A stretch of 61,591 nt of DNA, taken from positions 1-61,591 of the forward strand of contig JAHILY010000005.1 in assembly GCA_018896815.1 (NCBI GenBank), in the 5' to 3' direction. Positions 44,904 to 54,468 of this stretch are shown piece by piece. How positions within the stretch are numbered: position 1 is the stretch's first letter; each line of letters starts with the position of its first letter. The notes beneath the pieces are model-generated. The model was given only the letters and a program-made list of their open reading frames with translations, made no database searches and was not told where the DNA came from. Made by a program: the position numbers and the translations under genes. The DNA is from Candidatus Omnitrophota bacterium (GTDB taxonomy: Bacteria > Omnitrophota > Gorgyraeia > Gorgyraeales > Gorgyraeaceae).

Positions 44904-44931
44904 TTGAGTTTGTTGTTTTTAGGAGTATAAT
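44904..44931 (+). promoter_or_regulatory. Promoter candidate for the Spy-like gene
   Basis: TTGAGT-16 nt-TATAAT. The 13-mer TAGGAGTATAATA is repeated at 57346-57358. Confidence 0.4.
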
Positions 44932-44953
44932 ACAGAAAAAGAAAGGGGGATGT

Positions 44954-45403
44954 ATGTGGAAAAGGTTAATTGTTTTACTGCTCGTGGTTTCTTTTGGTTT
45001 GATGGCGAGCTATGTTTATGCAGGAGGGTGTGAAAAAGGAAAAAGCGACAAGCATAATATGGAGGACAAGGTATTTCACAAGGCCATGATGCTGATTAAA
45101 AATCAGGAAGAATTAGGTCTTACAGACGAACAAATAAAGAAGGTAAAGGATCTGAAGATTGCTACTAAGAAGGACGTGATAAAGAAAAAGGCTGATATTG
45201 AGATACTTGGTCTGGATATAAAGGCAGCCTTGTGGGATGATGTAGTAGATTTAAACGCACTAAATGCATTGATTGACACGAAGTATGAGCTTAAAAAAGA
45301 AAAGACAAAGTCTTTGGTAGCTGCATATGTGGAGCTCAAAGGCGTTTTGACAGAAGAACAAAAGACAAAACTCAAAGATCTTTGCAAAAAAGATAAAAAG
45401 TAA
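44954..45403 (+). CDS. Spy/CpxP-family periplasmic protein (LTxxQ repeats)
   Basis: Signal peptide. LGLTDEQIKKVKDL and VLTEEQKTKLKDL motifs. Confidence 0.6.
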   Translation: MWKRLIVLLLVVSFGLMASYVYAGGCEKGKSDKHNMEDKVFHKAMMLIKNQEELGLTDEQIKKVKDLKIATKKDVIKKKADIEILGLDIKAALWDDVVDLNALNALIDTKYELKKEKTKSLVAAYVELKGVLTEEQKTKLKDLCKKDKK

Positions 45404-45408
45404 AACTT

Positions 45409-45446
45409 AGTAACAGAGGAAGGTTTAAAAACCTTCCTCTGTTACT
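45409..45446 (+). terminator. Stem-loop terminator candidate
   Basis: AGTAACAGAGGAAGGT-TTAAAA-ACCTTCCTCTGTTACT: 16-bp perfect stem. Confidence 0.55.
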
Positions 45447-45514
45447 GTAAATAATCCTGCCTGACTTAACTATTCTGATCTATCTGAAAATCTAAAATTT
45501 TTTCTATATTCTTA

Positions 45515-45557
45515 TCGACAGTTTCTTGACGCCGGTATATAATGCACATATGTGCAT
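45515..45557 (+). promoter_or_regulatory. Promoter plus 16-bp perfect palindromic operator candidate
   Basis: TCGACA-17 nt-TATAAT (45538-45543), overlapping ATGCACATATGTGCAT (45542-45557). Confidence 0.5.
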
Positions 45558-45572
45558 AACTACGAGGACGAT

Positions 45573-45878
45573 ATGAGACCGAAAAAGACACGGTGGGTTA
45601 AATGCGAGCCTGGCGAAAGGTGTTTTAGGCCGCAGTGTAAGCCACTGAATAAATTAGAAGGTGTTAATTTGACTATTGATGAATTTGAGGCAATACGACT
45701 TTCAGACCTGGAAGGATTAACACAGCATGAAGTGGCCAGGAAGATGAAAGTGCATCGCTCAACAATATCAAGGGTTCTTGCATCAGGCCATAAAAAGGTA
45801 GCAGACGCATTGGTAAATATAAAAGCTATAAAGATTGAAGGCGGATGCTGCAAGATCATAATGAAAGAGAAAAGATAA
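45573..45878 (+). CDS. DUF134 (UPF0251) predicted DNA-binding protein
   Basis: RPKKTRWV...P....F.P, LTIDEFEAIRLSDLEGLTQHEVARKMKVHRSTISRVL HTH. Confidence 0.7.
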   Translation: MRPKKTRWVKCEPGERCFRPQCKPLNKLEGVNLTIDEFEAIRLSDLEGLTQHEVARKMKVHRSTISRVLASGHKKVADALVNIKAIKIEGGCCKIIMKEKR

Positions 45879-45900
45879 AAGGACAGGTAAGGGTGTCAGG

Positions 45901-46335
45901 ATGAGAGGTTTTATATTTTTATTTTTCTTATTTTTTATTTTAGCGCCTAATCTTATAGCTGAAGAAAATGTTTCAGATAATATGGACTATCTCGGTGTGT
46001 ATTATTTTCGCAGTAATTTCCGCTGTAGCAACTGCTATAAGATAGAAGAATACACGAAAGAATCTGTAGAAGGATTCTTCGAAAAAGAACTGTCTTCGGG
46101 TGAACTGGTTTACAAAGTTATAAATATTGATGAAAAAGAAAATAGTCATTTTATTGAGGGTTATCAGCTTTACACAAAATCAGTGGTGCTTTCTAGGGTA
46201 GTAAGCGGGGAAGAAACAGAGTACAAGAATCTTCAAAAGATCTGGGAATACCTTGATGATAAAGACAAATTTCGTAACTACATAAAAGAAGAAATAAATA
46301 GTTTCTTGCATAAGAAAAAAGAAGAGGAAATATGA
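45901..46335 (+). CDS. Secreted thioredoxin-fold-like protein with CxxC
   Basis: Signal peptide. FRCSNCYKIEEY motif. Paired with a DsbD-like membrane protein. Confidence 0.4.
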   Translation: MRGFIFLFFLFFILAPNLIAEENVSDNMDYLGVYYFRSNFRCSNCYKIEEYTKESVEGFFEKELSSGELVYKVINIDEKENSHFIEGYQLYTKSVVLSRVVSGEETEYKNLQKIWEYLDDKDKFRNYIKEEINSFLHKKKEEEI

Positions 46336-47009
46336 TATTTATTTCTGCATTGTGGTTAGGAATACTTGCTTCAATAAGCCCATGCCCTCTTGCTAGTAAC
46401 ATTGAAGCTGTCTCATTTTTATCCAAAAAGATCACGCGTCCAAAGATTGTGTTGTCGACAGGTATGGCTTACACGCTTGGTCGCATGATTAGTTATGCAC
46501 TAGTAGGCTCTATTATTGTAATGTCGCTTGTAAGCGTGCCGATTGTGGCTAATTTTCTTCAGAAATATATGAATAGAATAATGGGACCTATTCTTCTCAT
46601 TGTAGGGTTTTTTCTCCTGGATATTATAAGGTTTAATATACCGAGAATTTCTTGTTCCCAGAGAACAAAGGAAAGTATGGCGAATTCTGGAGCCAAGGGA
46701 GCGTTCACACTCGGTGTAATATTCGCGCTTTCATTTTGTCCTATATCCGCGGCACTATTCTTTGGCAGTTTAATTCCCATGGCTTTAAATAACAGTTGCG
46801 GTATTGCGCTGCCTTTTATTTATGGTCTAGGCACAGGTCTTCCGGTTGTTGTTTTTTCTTTAGGTATAGCCCTGGGAGTGAAGTCTTTTTCATATTGGTT
46901 TTCTAAAGTGAAGCAATTCGAGCCGTATGCAAGGAAGGTTACAGGAGGAATATTTATTCTTGTCGGCCTGTATTACATATGGGCATATATTCTTGTTGGA
47001 ATGTTTTAG
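46332..47009 (+). CDS. DsbD/CcdA-family thiol-disulfide transporter-like membrane protein
   Basis: LASISPCPLASN and SFCPISAALF Cys-Pro motifs in TM helices. Confidence 0.6.
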   Translation: MIFISALWLGILASISPCPLASNIEAVSFLSKKITRPKIVLSTGMAYTLGRMISYALVGSIIVMSLVSVPIVANFLQKYMNRIMGPILLIVGFFLLDIIRFNIPRISCSQRTKESMANSGAKGAFTLGVIFALSFCPISAALFFGSLIPMALNNSCGIALPFIYGLGTGLPVVVFSLGIALGVKSFSYWFSKVKQFEPYARKVTGGIFILVGLYYIWAYILVGMF

Positions 47010-47018
47010 GGGGCATCA

Positions 47019-48095
47019 GTGGAAACAGTTGTTCACGAAGAGCGTGGGTTAAGTTTTTTTGAGAAATATCTCACTATATGGGTGATCGCCTGTATTGGTA
47101 TAGGGATTTTGCTTGGGAAATTATTTCCACAGGTCGCTGTCAAACTGGACAGTATCTCGATTTATCAGGTATCAATACCCATAGCAATATGTCTTTTTTT
47201 CATGATGTATCCTATCATGGTGAAGATCGATTTTAGAGAGGTTATTAAGGCAGGTAAGGCGCCCAAGCCAGTTCTTCTTACATTATTTGTCAACTGGTGC
47301 ATCAAGCCGTTCACCATGCTTTTTATAGCCAGTTTATTTTTAGGCGTATTTTTTAAGAAAATGCTTCCTGGTTTTGAGATAGTTAGGGGAGGACAGGAGG
47401 TAGAATTATACCGGTCTTATATTTCAGGGTGTATATTACTGGGTATTGCGCCGTGCACAGCCATGGTGCTTATCTGGGGACATCTATCTAAAGGTAATGA
47501 CGGCCACACCCTGGTCATGGTGGCAATAAATTCCCTGACCATGCTTTTTCTTTATGCGCCTTTAGGCGGCTGGCTTTTGGGCGTGAACAAGATGCCTATT
47601 CCATGGCAGACGATCGTACTTTCGGTCGTGATGTATGTGGGTGTGCCGCTTTTTCTGGGCTATCATACGCGAAAATGGATTATTGCCAGGAAAGGCCTTA
47701 AGTGGTTTCAAGAGAAATTCATTCGTTATCTAACTCCGGTCTCAATCACTGCATTACTTTTTACGCTCATTCTTTTATTTTCATTTAAAGGAGAGCTGAT
47801 TATCAATCAACCCCAGACAATAGTCTTAATCGCGATCCCGCTTTTTATCCAGACCTGTCTAATATTTGGCCTGACCTATGCACTGGCAAGGTGGCTCAAG
47901 CTTCCATACATGGATGCTGCGCCATCTGCATTGATAGGAGCGAGCAATCATTTTGAAGTAGCTATTGCCACTTCCACAGTGCTCTTTGGCCTTTCTTCAG
48001 GCGCATCCCTGGCAACAGTAGTAGGGGTATTAATAGAGGTACCAGTCATGCTGATGTTGGTGAAGGTATGTTTACGGACTCGACATCTATTTTAG
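47019..48095 (+). CDS. acr3: ACR3-family arsenite efflux permease
   Basis: [26 protein letters not shown], 10 TM helices. Confidence 0.8.
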   Translation: METVVHEERGLSFFEKYLTIWVIACIGIGILLGKLFPQVAVKLDSISIYQVSIPIAICLFFMMYPIMVKIDFREVIKAGKAPKPVLLTLFVNWCIKPFTMLFIASLFLGVFFKKMLPGFEIVRGGQEVELYRSYISGCILLGIAPCTAMVLIWGHLSKGNDGHTLVMVAINSLTMLFLYAPLGGWLLGVNKMPIPWQTIVLSVVMYVGVPLFLGYHTRKWIIARKGLKWFQEKFIRYLTPVSITALLFTLILLFSFKGELIINQPQTIVLIAIPLFIQTCLIFGLTYALARWLKLPYMDAAPSALIGASNHFEVAIATSTVLFGLSSGASLATVVGVLIEVPVMLMLVKVCLRTRHLF

Positions 48096-48119
48096 AAAGG
48101 TATTATTTTTTTATTCCCC

Positions 48120-48149
48120 TTGACATAGGGTAGGGGGGCAGGGTATACT
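48120..48149 (+). promoter_or_regulatory. Promoter with G-tract spacer (candidate CsoR operator)
   Basis: CCCCTTGACAT; TTGACA 48120-48125; spacer tAGGGTAggggggcAGGGTA; TATACT 48144-48149. Confidence 0.45.
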
Positions 48150-48169
48150 TGTAATGGGAGGATAATGAT

Positions 48170-48454
48170 ATGAGACAAAAGACCGTACATCAGGAACAAG
48201 TGCCAGCGCTAAAAAGGATCGAGGGGCAGGTCAAGGGAATACAGAGGATGATAGAGGAAAAAAGATATTGCGTGGATATCATTACTCAGATACACTCTAT
48301 TATAGGTGCACTTTATACGGTGGAGAGCAATGTATTCCACAAGCATATTGATGGTTGCGTTGTACATGCCTTGAAAGGAAAATCCGAGGCTGAAAAACAA
48401 AAGAAGATAGATGAGATTATTAGCTTGATTCAGAGATTCAGAAGGAGTCCTTGA
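48170..48454 (+). CDS. csoR: CsoR/RcnR/FrmR-family metal-sensing repressor
   Basis: LKRIEGQVKGIQRMIEEKRYCVDIITQIHSI...HIDGCV (x-C-H-C-type ligands). Confidence 0.8.
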   Translation: MRQKTVHQEQVPALKRIEGQVKGIQRMIEEKRYCVDIITQIHSIIGALYTVESNVFHKHIDGCVVHALKGKSEAEKQKKIDEIISLIQRFRRSP

Positions 48455-48455
48455 A

Positions 48456-49709
48456 ATGAGAATTCCACACTTTATTTTCGTAATAGCTATATTGGCCATT
48501 AGCGCAGGATATGCTTATTCTGAAGAAGCAGTAACGCTTGATTTATTGATTGAAGAGGCATTGAGTAATAATCCAAATATACAATCTGCCTATAGCGATT
48601 GGAAGGCTCAGGAATATAAGGCAAGATATGTAAGAGGGCTTCCTGATCCGCAAGCAAGCTATGGATATTTTGGCGAGAGCGTTGAGACAAGGGTCGGGCC
48701 TCAGGAGCAAAAGTACGGTGTTTCCCAGAAGATCCCGTTTCCGGGAAAGTTAAACCTTAAAGGTAAGGCGCAGGCCAAGCTTGCCAGCATATTGGAAGAA
48801 AAGTACGAAGCTGCAAAGCGCGAGATCATAAAGGAAATAAAGTTTTTATATTATGACATTTATTGGGTGGATAAGGCGATTAAAATAACAGAGGAAGAAA
48901 AGGCAATAATAGAGGGCCTGGAAAAGGTAGCGCAGCGCAAGTATGAATCAAATCTTACGCCCCAGCAGGATGTCATCAAGGCGCAGGTGGAGCTTTCAAA
49001 ATTGATCGATAAGTTATTCCTTTTAAGGCAGAATAGAAAGAGCTTGGAGGCGAAGGCGAATAGGCTCCTTAACAGGCCAAGGGGCAAAGAATTAGGTAAG
49101 ACCAGTGACGTTGAACCAGTAGAATTTATCTATGAACTTGACGAGCTTCACAGGATATCAGACGCGTCCAGTCAGCAGCTACTCGCTTCTAAGTTGGATA
49201 TAGAAAGAGCTGAGTACGAAAGGTCTCTGGCAAGATTGGATTATCTTCCAGATTTTACATTTGGTATTGACTACACCGAGATAGGAAGCGGCAGCACCAC
49301 TCAGCCAAATGATGGTGACGATACGTGGATGGGCAAGATCTCTGTAAATGTTCCAATATGGTTTGGTAAATTAAACGCCCAGGTCAAGGAGAAAAAGGCG
49401 CTTTTAGAGTCAAGTAAGAAAAACCACGAAGACACGGAAAATGTCGTGGATTATGAGGTTGAGGATTTATATTTTAAAATCACGACCTATAAAGATATAA
49501 TCTCGCTTTATAAGACAGCGCTGGTGCCGCAGGCAGAGCAGGCCTATGATGCAGCAAGGACCAGCTATGAAACAGGTAAAGTAGATTTTCTAAACTGGCT
49601 TGATGCCGAGAGGGTACTTTTACAGACAAGGCTTGCGCATTACAAGGCGATCGTAGATTATGAGAAGTCGATTGCGTATTTAGAGCGTGTCGTAGGGAGA
49701 GATTTGTAA
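48456..49709 (+). CDS. cusC: TolC-like outer-membrane efflux protein (CusC-like)
   Basis: Signal peptide, two OEP repeats, ...AIVDYEKSIAYLERVVG. Confidence 0.8.
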   Translation: MRIPHFIFVIAILAISAGYAYSEEAVTLDLLIEEALSNNPNIQSAYSDWKAQEYKARYVRGLPDPQASYGYFGESVETRVGPQEQKYGVSQKIPFPGKLNLKGKAQAKLASILEEKYEAAKREIIKEIKFLYYDIYWVDKAIKITEEEKAIIEGLEKVAQRKYESNLTPQQDVIKAQVELSKLIDKLFLLRQNRKSLEAKANRLLNRPRGKELGKTSDVEPVEFIYELDELHRISDASSQQLLASKLDIERAEYERSLARLDYLPDFTFGIDYTEIGSGSTTQPNDGDDTWMGKISVNVPIWFGKLNAQVKEKKALLESSKKNHEDTENVVDYEVEDLYFKITTYKDIISLYKTALVPQAEQAYDAARTSYETGKVDFLNWLDAERVLLQTRLAHYKAIVDYEKSIAYLERVVGRDL

Positions 49710-49717
49710 CTGGTTCT

Positions 49718-49789
49718 GTCATTGCGAGGCGCGAAGCGCCGAAGCAATCTCAAAAAGAGATTGCTTCGCTTCGCTTCGCTCGCAATGAC
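49718..49789. repeat. Nested palindrome with heptamer repeats between cusC and cusB
   Basis: GTCATTGCGAG...CTCGCAATGAC outer stem. Inner GGCGC-GAA-GCGCC and GAAGCAATCTC-AAAAA-GAGATTGCTTC. GCTTCGC repeated about 2.5 times. Confidence 0.75.
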
Positions 49790-49803
49790 AAAAAGGAGTA
49801 ACC

Positions 49804-51219
49804 ATGAAAAATATTCTTATAATAGTATTTATTTCTACCTTGATTCTCGCGGGTTGCAGCCAAAGCAAAACAGACGAAATACGGAATACGGATGACGGAA
49901 TACGATATTATACCTGTGGCATGCATCCGAGTGTAAAGGTCTCTGTGGAAGAGTATAATAAAGGTAACAAGAGTTGCCCGATCTGCAATATGAATCTAAC
50001 TCCGGTCTATAAAGAAACAAAAGAATCTAAAGAGAGAAAAATACTTTTCTATCGCAATCCAATGAATCCCAGTATAACATCAGATGTGCCGACCAAGGAT
50101 GAGATGGGTATGGACTATATCCCGGTGTATGAATCAGAAGGAGCCGATGACGCTTATTATGGCTGTGGGATGGAAGGCGTGGAGCATGTGTTTTTGATAA
50201 AAGAAATTCCAGGCATGAAGTTTTGCCCTATATGCGGTATGCCCCTTAAGAAATTATCAAAAGATGAGGCGGATAAATTAAAAGGAGTAGTGAGCACGGT
50301 TAAGATAAAGGGTAATGAAATAAGGCTGGCAGGCGTTCAGACTGAATCTGTAAAAAAACTCCATCTCTATAAAGAAATCCGCACAGTAGGCAGGGTTGCC
50401 TATGACCCAGAACTCGCGATTGCCCAGGAGGAATTTATCGCGGCCCTGGAGGTCTCTGATAAGATCCAGCAAGGGAACATTGAAGAGATAAATGAGAGGG
50501 CCTTGAATCTGGTCGAGTCTTCAAAGAGAAAATTGAGACTATTGGGCTTGAGTGAAGGCCAGATCGTAGGATTGGAGGAGAAAAGAGAGGTCCAGACAAG
50601 CTTGATTCTTCCAGAAGAAAAGATGTGGATTTATGGCGATGTTTATGAATATGAACTGGGCTGGGTAAAGGTAGATGGAGAAGTAAAGGTCACTACGTCC
50701 AGTCTACCTGGCGAGGAATTTCATGGAGTTATAATCTCTATAAATCCTGTGCTTGATCCGAAGACGCGCTCTTTAAGGTTCAGAGTAGAAGTTGATAATC
50801 CTGGCCTGAAGTTAAAACCAGAGATGTATGTAGATGTTATTATTATGAGCATGTACAAGGGCCAAAATGAAGAAGATGAAGTTCTGGCTATCCCCAAGGA
50901 CGCGGTTCTAGATACAGGCATGCGTAAAATTGTCTGGATTAATCAGGGTAATGATATATATGAAGGAAGGATTATTAAGATAGGGCCAGAATCTACTTCT
51001 GTTATTGATGGAGCAGAATCTAAATTCTATCCTGTCTTGAGCGGCCTGAGAGAAGGCGAGATGGTTGTGACAAAGGCAAACTTTCTTATTGATTCGCAGA
51101 GCCAACTTTCAGGTGTGGCAGCAGCAGCGTATGGCGGGGCGCTTGGCGCTGAAGAGAAATCCGCCGAAGGCGAGATCTCGCCGCAAAGCGGCGGAAAGGC
51201 ACCGGTACATCAGCATTGA
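49804..51219 (+). CDS. cusB: RND efflux periplasmic adaptor (CusB-like) with duplicated N-terminal metal-binding motifs
   Basis: Lipobox LILAGC. YYTCGMHPSV...CPICNM and YGCGMEG...FCPICGMPLKK. HlyD-type barrel. Confidence 0.8.
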   Translation: MKNILIIVFISTLILAGCSQSKTDEIRNTDDGIRYYTCGMHPSVKVSVEEYNKGNKSCPICNMNLTPVYKETKESKERKILFYRNPMNPSITSDVPTKDEMGMDYIPVYESEGADDAYYGCGMEGVEHVFLIKEIPGMKFCPICGMPLKKLSKDEADKLKGVVSTVKIKGNEIRLAGVQTESVKKLHLYKEIRTVGRVAYDPELAIAQEEFIAALEVSDKIQQGNIEEINERALNLVESSKRKLRLLGLSEGQIVGLEEKREVQTSLILPEEKMWIYGDVYEYELGWVKVDGEVKVTTSSLPGEEFHGVIISINPVLDPKTRSLRFRVEVDNPGLKLKPEMYVDVIIMSMYKGQNEEDEVLAIPKDAVLDTGMRKIVWINQGNDIYEGRIIKIGPESTSVIDGAESKFYPVLSGLREGEMVVTKANFLIDSQSQLSGVAAAAYGGALGAEEKSAEGEISPQSGGKAPVHQH

Positions 51220-51324
51220 TTAGGGAGTTCTCGACTCGGCCACTTCGTAACCTCGCTCGAACAATATTAATATTCTTCGAGCCCCTCGGCTTCGCTCGGG
51301 ATAAACTCCGTCGAGAAGAATTAT
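51220..51324. repeat. Nested palindromic intergenic element between cusB and cusA
   Basis: TTCTCGAC ... GTCGAGAA outer arms. CTCGCTCGAA-CAATATTAATATTC-TTCGAGC centre containing the AATATTAATATT palindrome. Confidence 0.6.
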
Positions 51325-54300
51325 ATGATTAACAAAATAATCGAAACCTGTCTTAAAAATAGATTCCTGGTCATAGCGGCTTTCGCGCTTTTGATAGTGT
51401 GGGGTTTTTCTTCCATGAAGGAGACGCCTATAGATGCAATACCGGATATAGGCGAGCTCCAGGTTATTGTCTATGCTGATTGGCCGGGAAGAAGCCCCAA
51501 AGATATAGAAGACCAGGTGATATATCCATTGACAACAGGACTGATGGGTACGCCGAAAGTAAAGGTGGTGCGTTCGACATCTGCGTTCGGATTTGGCCTT
51601 GTGAATATGATCTTTAAGGAGGGGACAGATTATTACTGGGCAAGGACCAGGGTTCTGGAAAGGTTGGATTTTGCAAAAAGAGATATTCCTAATGACGCAA
51701 GAGTTACCTTGGGCCCAGACGCAACTGCATTAGGCCAGATCTTCTGGTATACAGTCGAGGGCGATGGCTATGATTTAGCAGAGCTTCGCTCAATCCAGGA
51801 TTGGTACGTGCGTTATCAGTTGACCGCGGTTGAAGGCGTATCAGAAGTTGCCTCTGTGGGCGGATATGTAAAGCAGTATCAGATCGATGTAGACCCGAAT
51901 AAACTTTTAGCGCATGATATAAAAATCCATGAAGTCATAAGCTCTGTCCAGAAGTCTAATATAGATGTAGGAGCAAAGGTATTTGAAGAAGGAGGCGCAG
52001 AGTTCATTGTCCGCGGCATTGGTTTTATAAAAAAGGTTTCTGATATAGAGAACATTGTCGTAGGTGTTAAAGAGGGCATACCTATATATATAAAGAATAT
52101 CGCGAATGTGACAATAGGCCCTGAATTTCGTAGAGGAGCGTTAGATAAAGAAGGGAAAGAAGTCACAGGCGGCGTTATTTTAATGAGGTATGGAGAAAAT
52201 CCCCTTAAGGTAATAGAGAATATTAAGAAAAAAATAGATGAACTCTCAGTAGGCCTTCCTGAAGGAGTAAAAATAGTCCCATTTTATGATAGAACAGGCC
52301 TTATCATGCGGGCCATCAATACATTAAAAAGTGCCTTGATCCAGGAAATAATAATTACAGTTTTTGTAATCCTTGTATTCTTGCTGCATTTTGGAGGAAG
52401 CGTTGTTATATCCATGGTATTGCCGATAGGCGTACTCCTTTCCTTTATATTAATGCGCCAGTATGGCGTGGATGCCAACATAATGTCTTTAGGCGGTATT
52501 GCGATAGCCATAGGCGTCATGGTGGATTCTGGCTGCGTGCTGGTCGAGAATATTTACAGGAGATTGGCTACGAGGCTCAAAGAATTAGGCGTAGAGCGCC
52601 TTGCGCCAGACGAAAGGCTGAATGTCTGCATATCTGGAGCGCAAGAAGTTGGAAAGCCTGTTCTTTTTGCATTGCTCACGACTATCGTAGGATTTATCCC
52701 TGTTTTTGTTTTAACAGGCCAGGCAGGAAAACTTTTCAGGCCGCTCGCATTTACAAAGACATTTGCCATGGGTGCTGCTGCTGTGATTGCTTTGATGCTT
52801 TTACCAACACTTTGCTATTATTTTTTAAGGGGCAGATTGCGCCCTGTTGAGGAAAATAGGACAGCTCAGGTTTTGTATAAAGGCTATAATCCCATGATTC
52901 GCTGGTCCCTTGCACACAAGGGGATAATAATCCTTATTTCCATTGGGATTATAATAATAGGTTTACTATGTGGCTCTATGATGAAACAGGAATTTATGCC
53001 TCCTTTGAACGAGGGGGATCTTTTATTTATGCCTGTATTTTTACCTGGCGCATCGCTGACACAGGTAATGGAGGTAATGAGAAAACAGGATGTAATAATC
53101 AAAAATGAGTTTCCTGAGGTGGAATGGGTAGTAGGCAAGTTAGGACGAGCTGAAACTGCAACTGATCCTGCGCCCGTAGTTATGATCGAAAGCATTATAC
53201 ATCTTAAAGACAAAAAATTCTGGCGCAAGGGCATGACCAGAGAGAAACTCATTCAGGAGATTCAGGAAAAGACCAGGATGCCCGGGGTAAGTCCTATAAT
53301 GACACAGCCAATACGAAATAGAATTGATATGCTGGCCACAGGCATACAGACACCAGTGGGTATCAAAGTCTTTGGAACTGATCTAGGAAAGATAGTTGAG
53401 ATTGCAGTTAAGATAGAAGAGATAGTAAGCGGGGTAGAAGGTGCGGTGAGTCCGTATGCCGAACGCACATCAAATAGGCCGTATTTTGAGATAGATATAG
53501 ACAGAGAAAAGGCCGCCCGTTTTGGCGTAAAAATAGGAGATATACAGCATATCATAATGACAGCCATAGGCGGCATGAACCTGACTACCACGGTCGAAGG
53601 AAGAGAGAGGTATCCGGTAAGGGTGAGATACCTGAGGGAATTAAGAGATTCGCCAGAAGCATTGGAGAGAATCTTTATTCCAACTCCGGGCGGTGAACAC
53701 ATACCTTTAACCCAGGTAGCGACTTTAAAAAGAGTGCCTGGTCCGGCAGTTATTAATTCAGAGGACACCCAGACTTACGCAAGGGTCTTTGTAAATGTCA
53801 ATCAGGACAAAATTGGGTTGATAGATTTTGTAAACGCTGCGCAAAAAAGAGTAAAAGAAAAGATTGATAGCGGAGAATTAAAACTGCCTCCGGGATATTT
53901 TATTTCCTGGTCAGGCCAGTTTGAATCAGAGATGGAATCGCGGAAGAAACTCGTGCCTTCGCTTATCATAGCGCTGGCCGTGATCCTGATGCTGCTTTAC
54001 GTGGCATTTAAGAATTTCAGCAGCCTGTTGATTTTATCAACAGGTATCCCTGTATCTCTGATGGGAGGCATAATATTGCTTTTTATCCTGGGCTTTAAAT
54101 TTTCAACAGCTGTGTGGGTAGGGTTTATTGCGCTGTTTGGAGTAGCTACAGATAATGCAGTGGTCTTGCTTTCGACCTTCGATGATTTATTCAGAAAAAA
54201 AGTTCCAAAGACCGTAGAGGATATTAGGAAGACTGTTATTGAAGGCGGGCTTTTAAGGGTAAGGCCGGCAATGATGACTACCACGACGACGATTATTGCG

Positions 54301-54468
54301 CTTATTCCAGTAATGCTTTCTACCGGCACTGGCTCTGAGATAATGAAACCTATGGCGTCTCCGACAGTAGGAGGTCTTATTACAGCAACGCTTTCTAATT
54401 TGATCCTTGTGCCTGTTTTGTATTGCTGGATCAAGGAAAAGCAGTTAAAAAAAAGAGGTAGTATATGA
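51325..54468 (+). CDS. cusA: Heavy-metal RND efflux pump (CusA/CzcA family)
   Basis: 1047 aa, 12 TM helices, typical HME-RND N-terminus (IIETCLKNRFLVI...) and periplasmic loops. Confidence 0.9.
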   Translation: MINKIIETCLKNRFLVIAAFALLIVWGFSSMKETPIDAIPDIGELQVIVYADWPGRSPKDIEDQVIYPLTTGLMGTPKVKVVRSTSAFGFGLVNMIFKEGTDYYWARTRVLERLDFAKRDIPNDARVTLGPDATALGQIFWYTVEGDGYDLAELRSIQDWYVRYQLTAVEGVSEVASVGGYVKQYQIDVDPNKLLAHDIKIHEVISSVQKSNIDVGAKVFEEGGAEFIVRGIGFIKKVSDIENIVVGVKEGIPIYIKNIANVTIGPEFRRGALDKEGKEVTGGVILMRYGENPLKVIENIKKKIDELSVGLPEGVKIVPFYDRTGLIMRAINTLKSALIQEIIITVFVILVFLLHFGGSVVISMVLPIGVLLSFILMRQYGVDANIMSLGGIAIAIGVMVDSGCVLVENIYRRLATRLKELGVERLAPDERLNVCISGAQEVGKPVLFALLTTIVGFIPVFVLTGQAGKLFRPLAFTKTFAMGAAAVIALMLLPTLCYYFLRGRLRPVEENRTAQVLYKGYNPMIRWSLAHKGIIILISIGIIIIGLLCGSMMKQEFMPPLNEGDLLFMPVFLPGASLTQVMEVMRKQDVIIKNEFPEVEWVVGKLGRAETATDPAPVVMIESIIHLKDKKFWRKGMTREKLIQEIQEKTRMPGVSPIMTQPIRNRIDMLATGIQTPVGIKVFGTDLGKIVEIAVKIEEIVSGVEGAVSPYAERTSNRPYFEIDIDREKAARFGVKIGDIQHIIMTAIGGMNLTTTVEGRERYPVRVRYLRELRDSPEALERIFIPTPGGEHIPLTQVATLKRVPGPAVINSEDTQTYARVFVNVNQDKIGLIDFVNAAQKRVKEKIDSGELKLPPGYFISWSGQFESEMESRKKLVPSLIIALAVILMLLYVAFKNFSSLLILSTGIPVSLMGGIILLFILGFKFSTAVWVGFIALFGVATDNAVVLLSTFDDLFRKKVPKTVEDIRKTVIEGGLLRVRPAMMTTTTTIIALIPVMLSTGTGSEIMKPMASPTVGGLITATLSNLILVPVLYCWIKEKQLKKRGSI

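Noticed and set aside
44689-44907. 72-aa + strand ORF (MQSNFRDFSPGNSS...)
   Set aside because: It lies entirely inside the composite palindromic repeat block. It has no RBS and a low-complexity translation, and the openness is a by-product of the GC-rich hairpins.
53262-53768. 168-aa minus-strand ORF. Similar antisense ORFs occur within cusA at 52884-53252 and 53997-54434.
   Set aside because: All are inside the 1047-aa CusA gene, which is continuous and conserved on the + strand.
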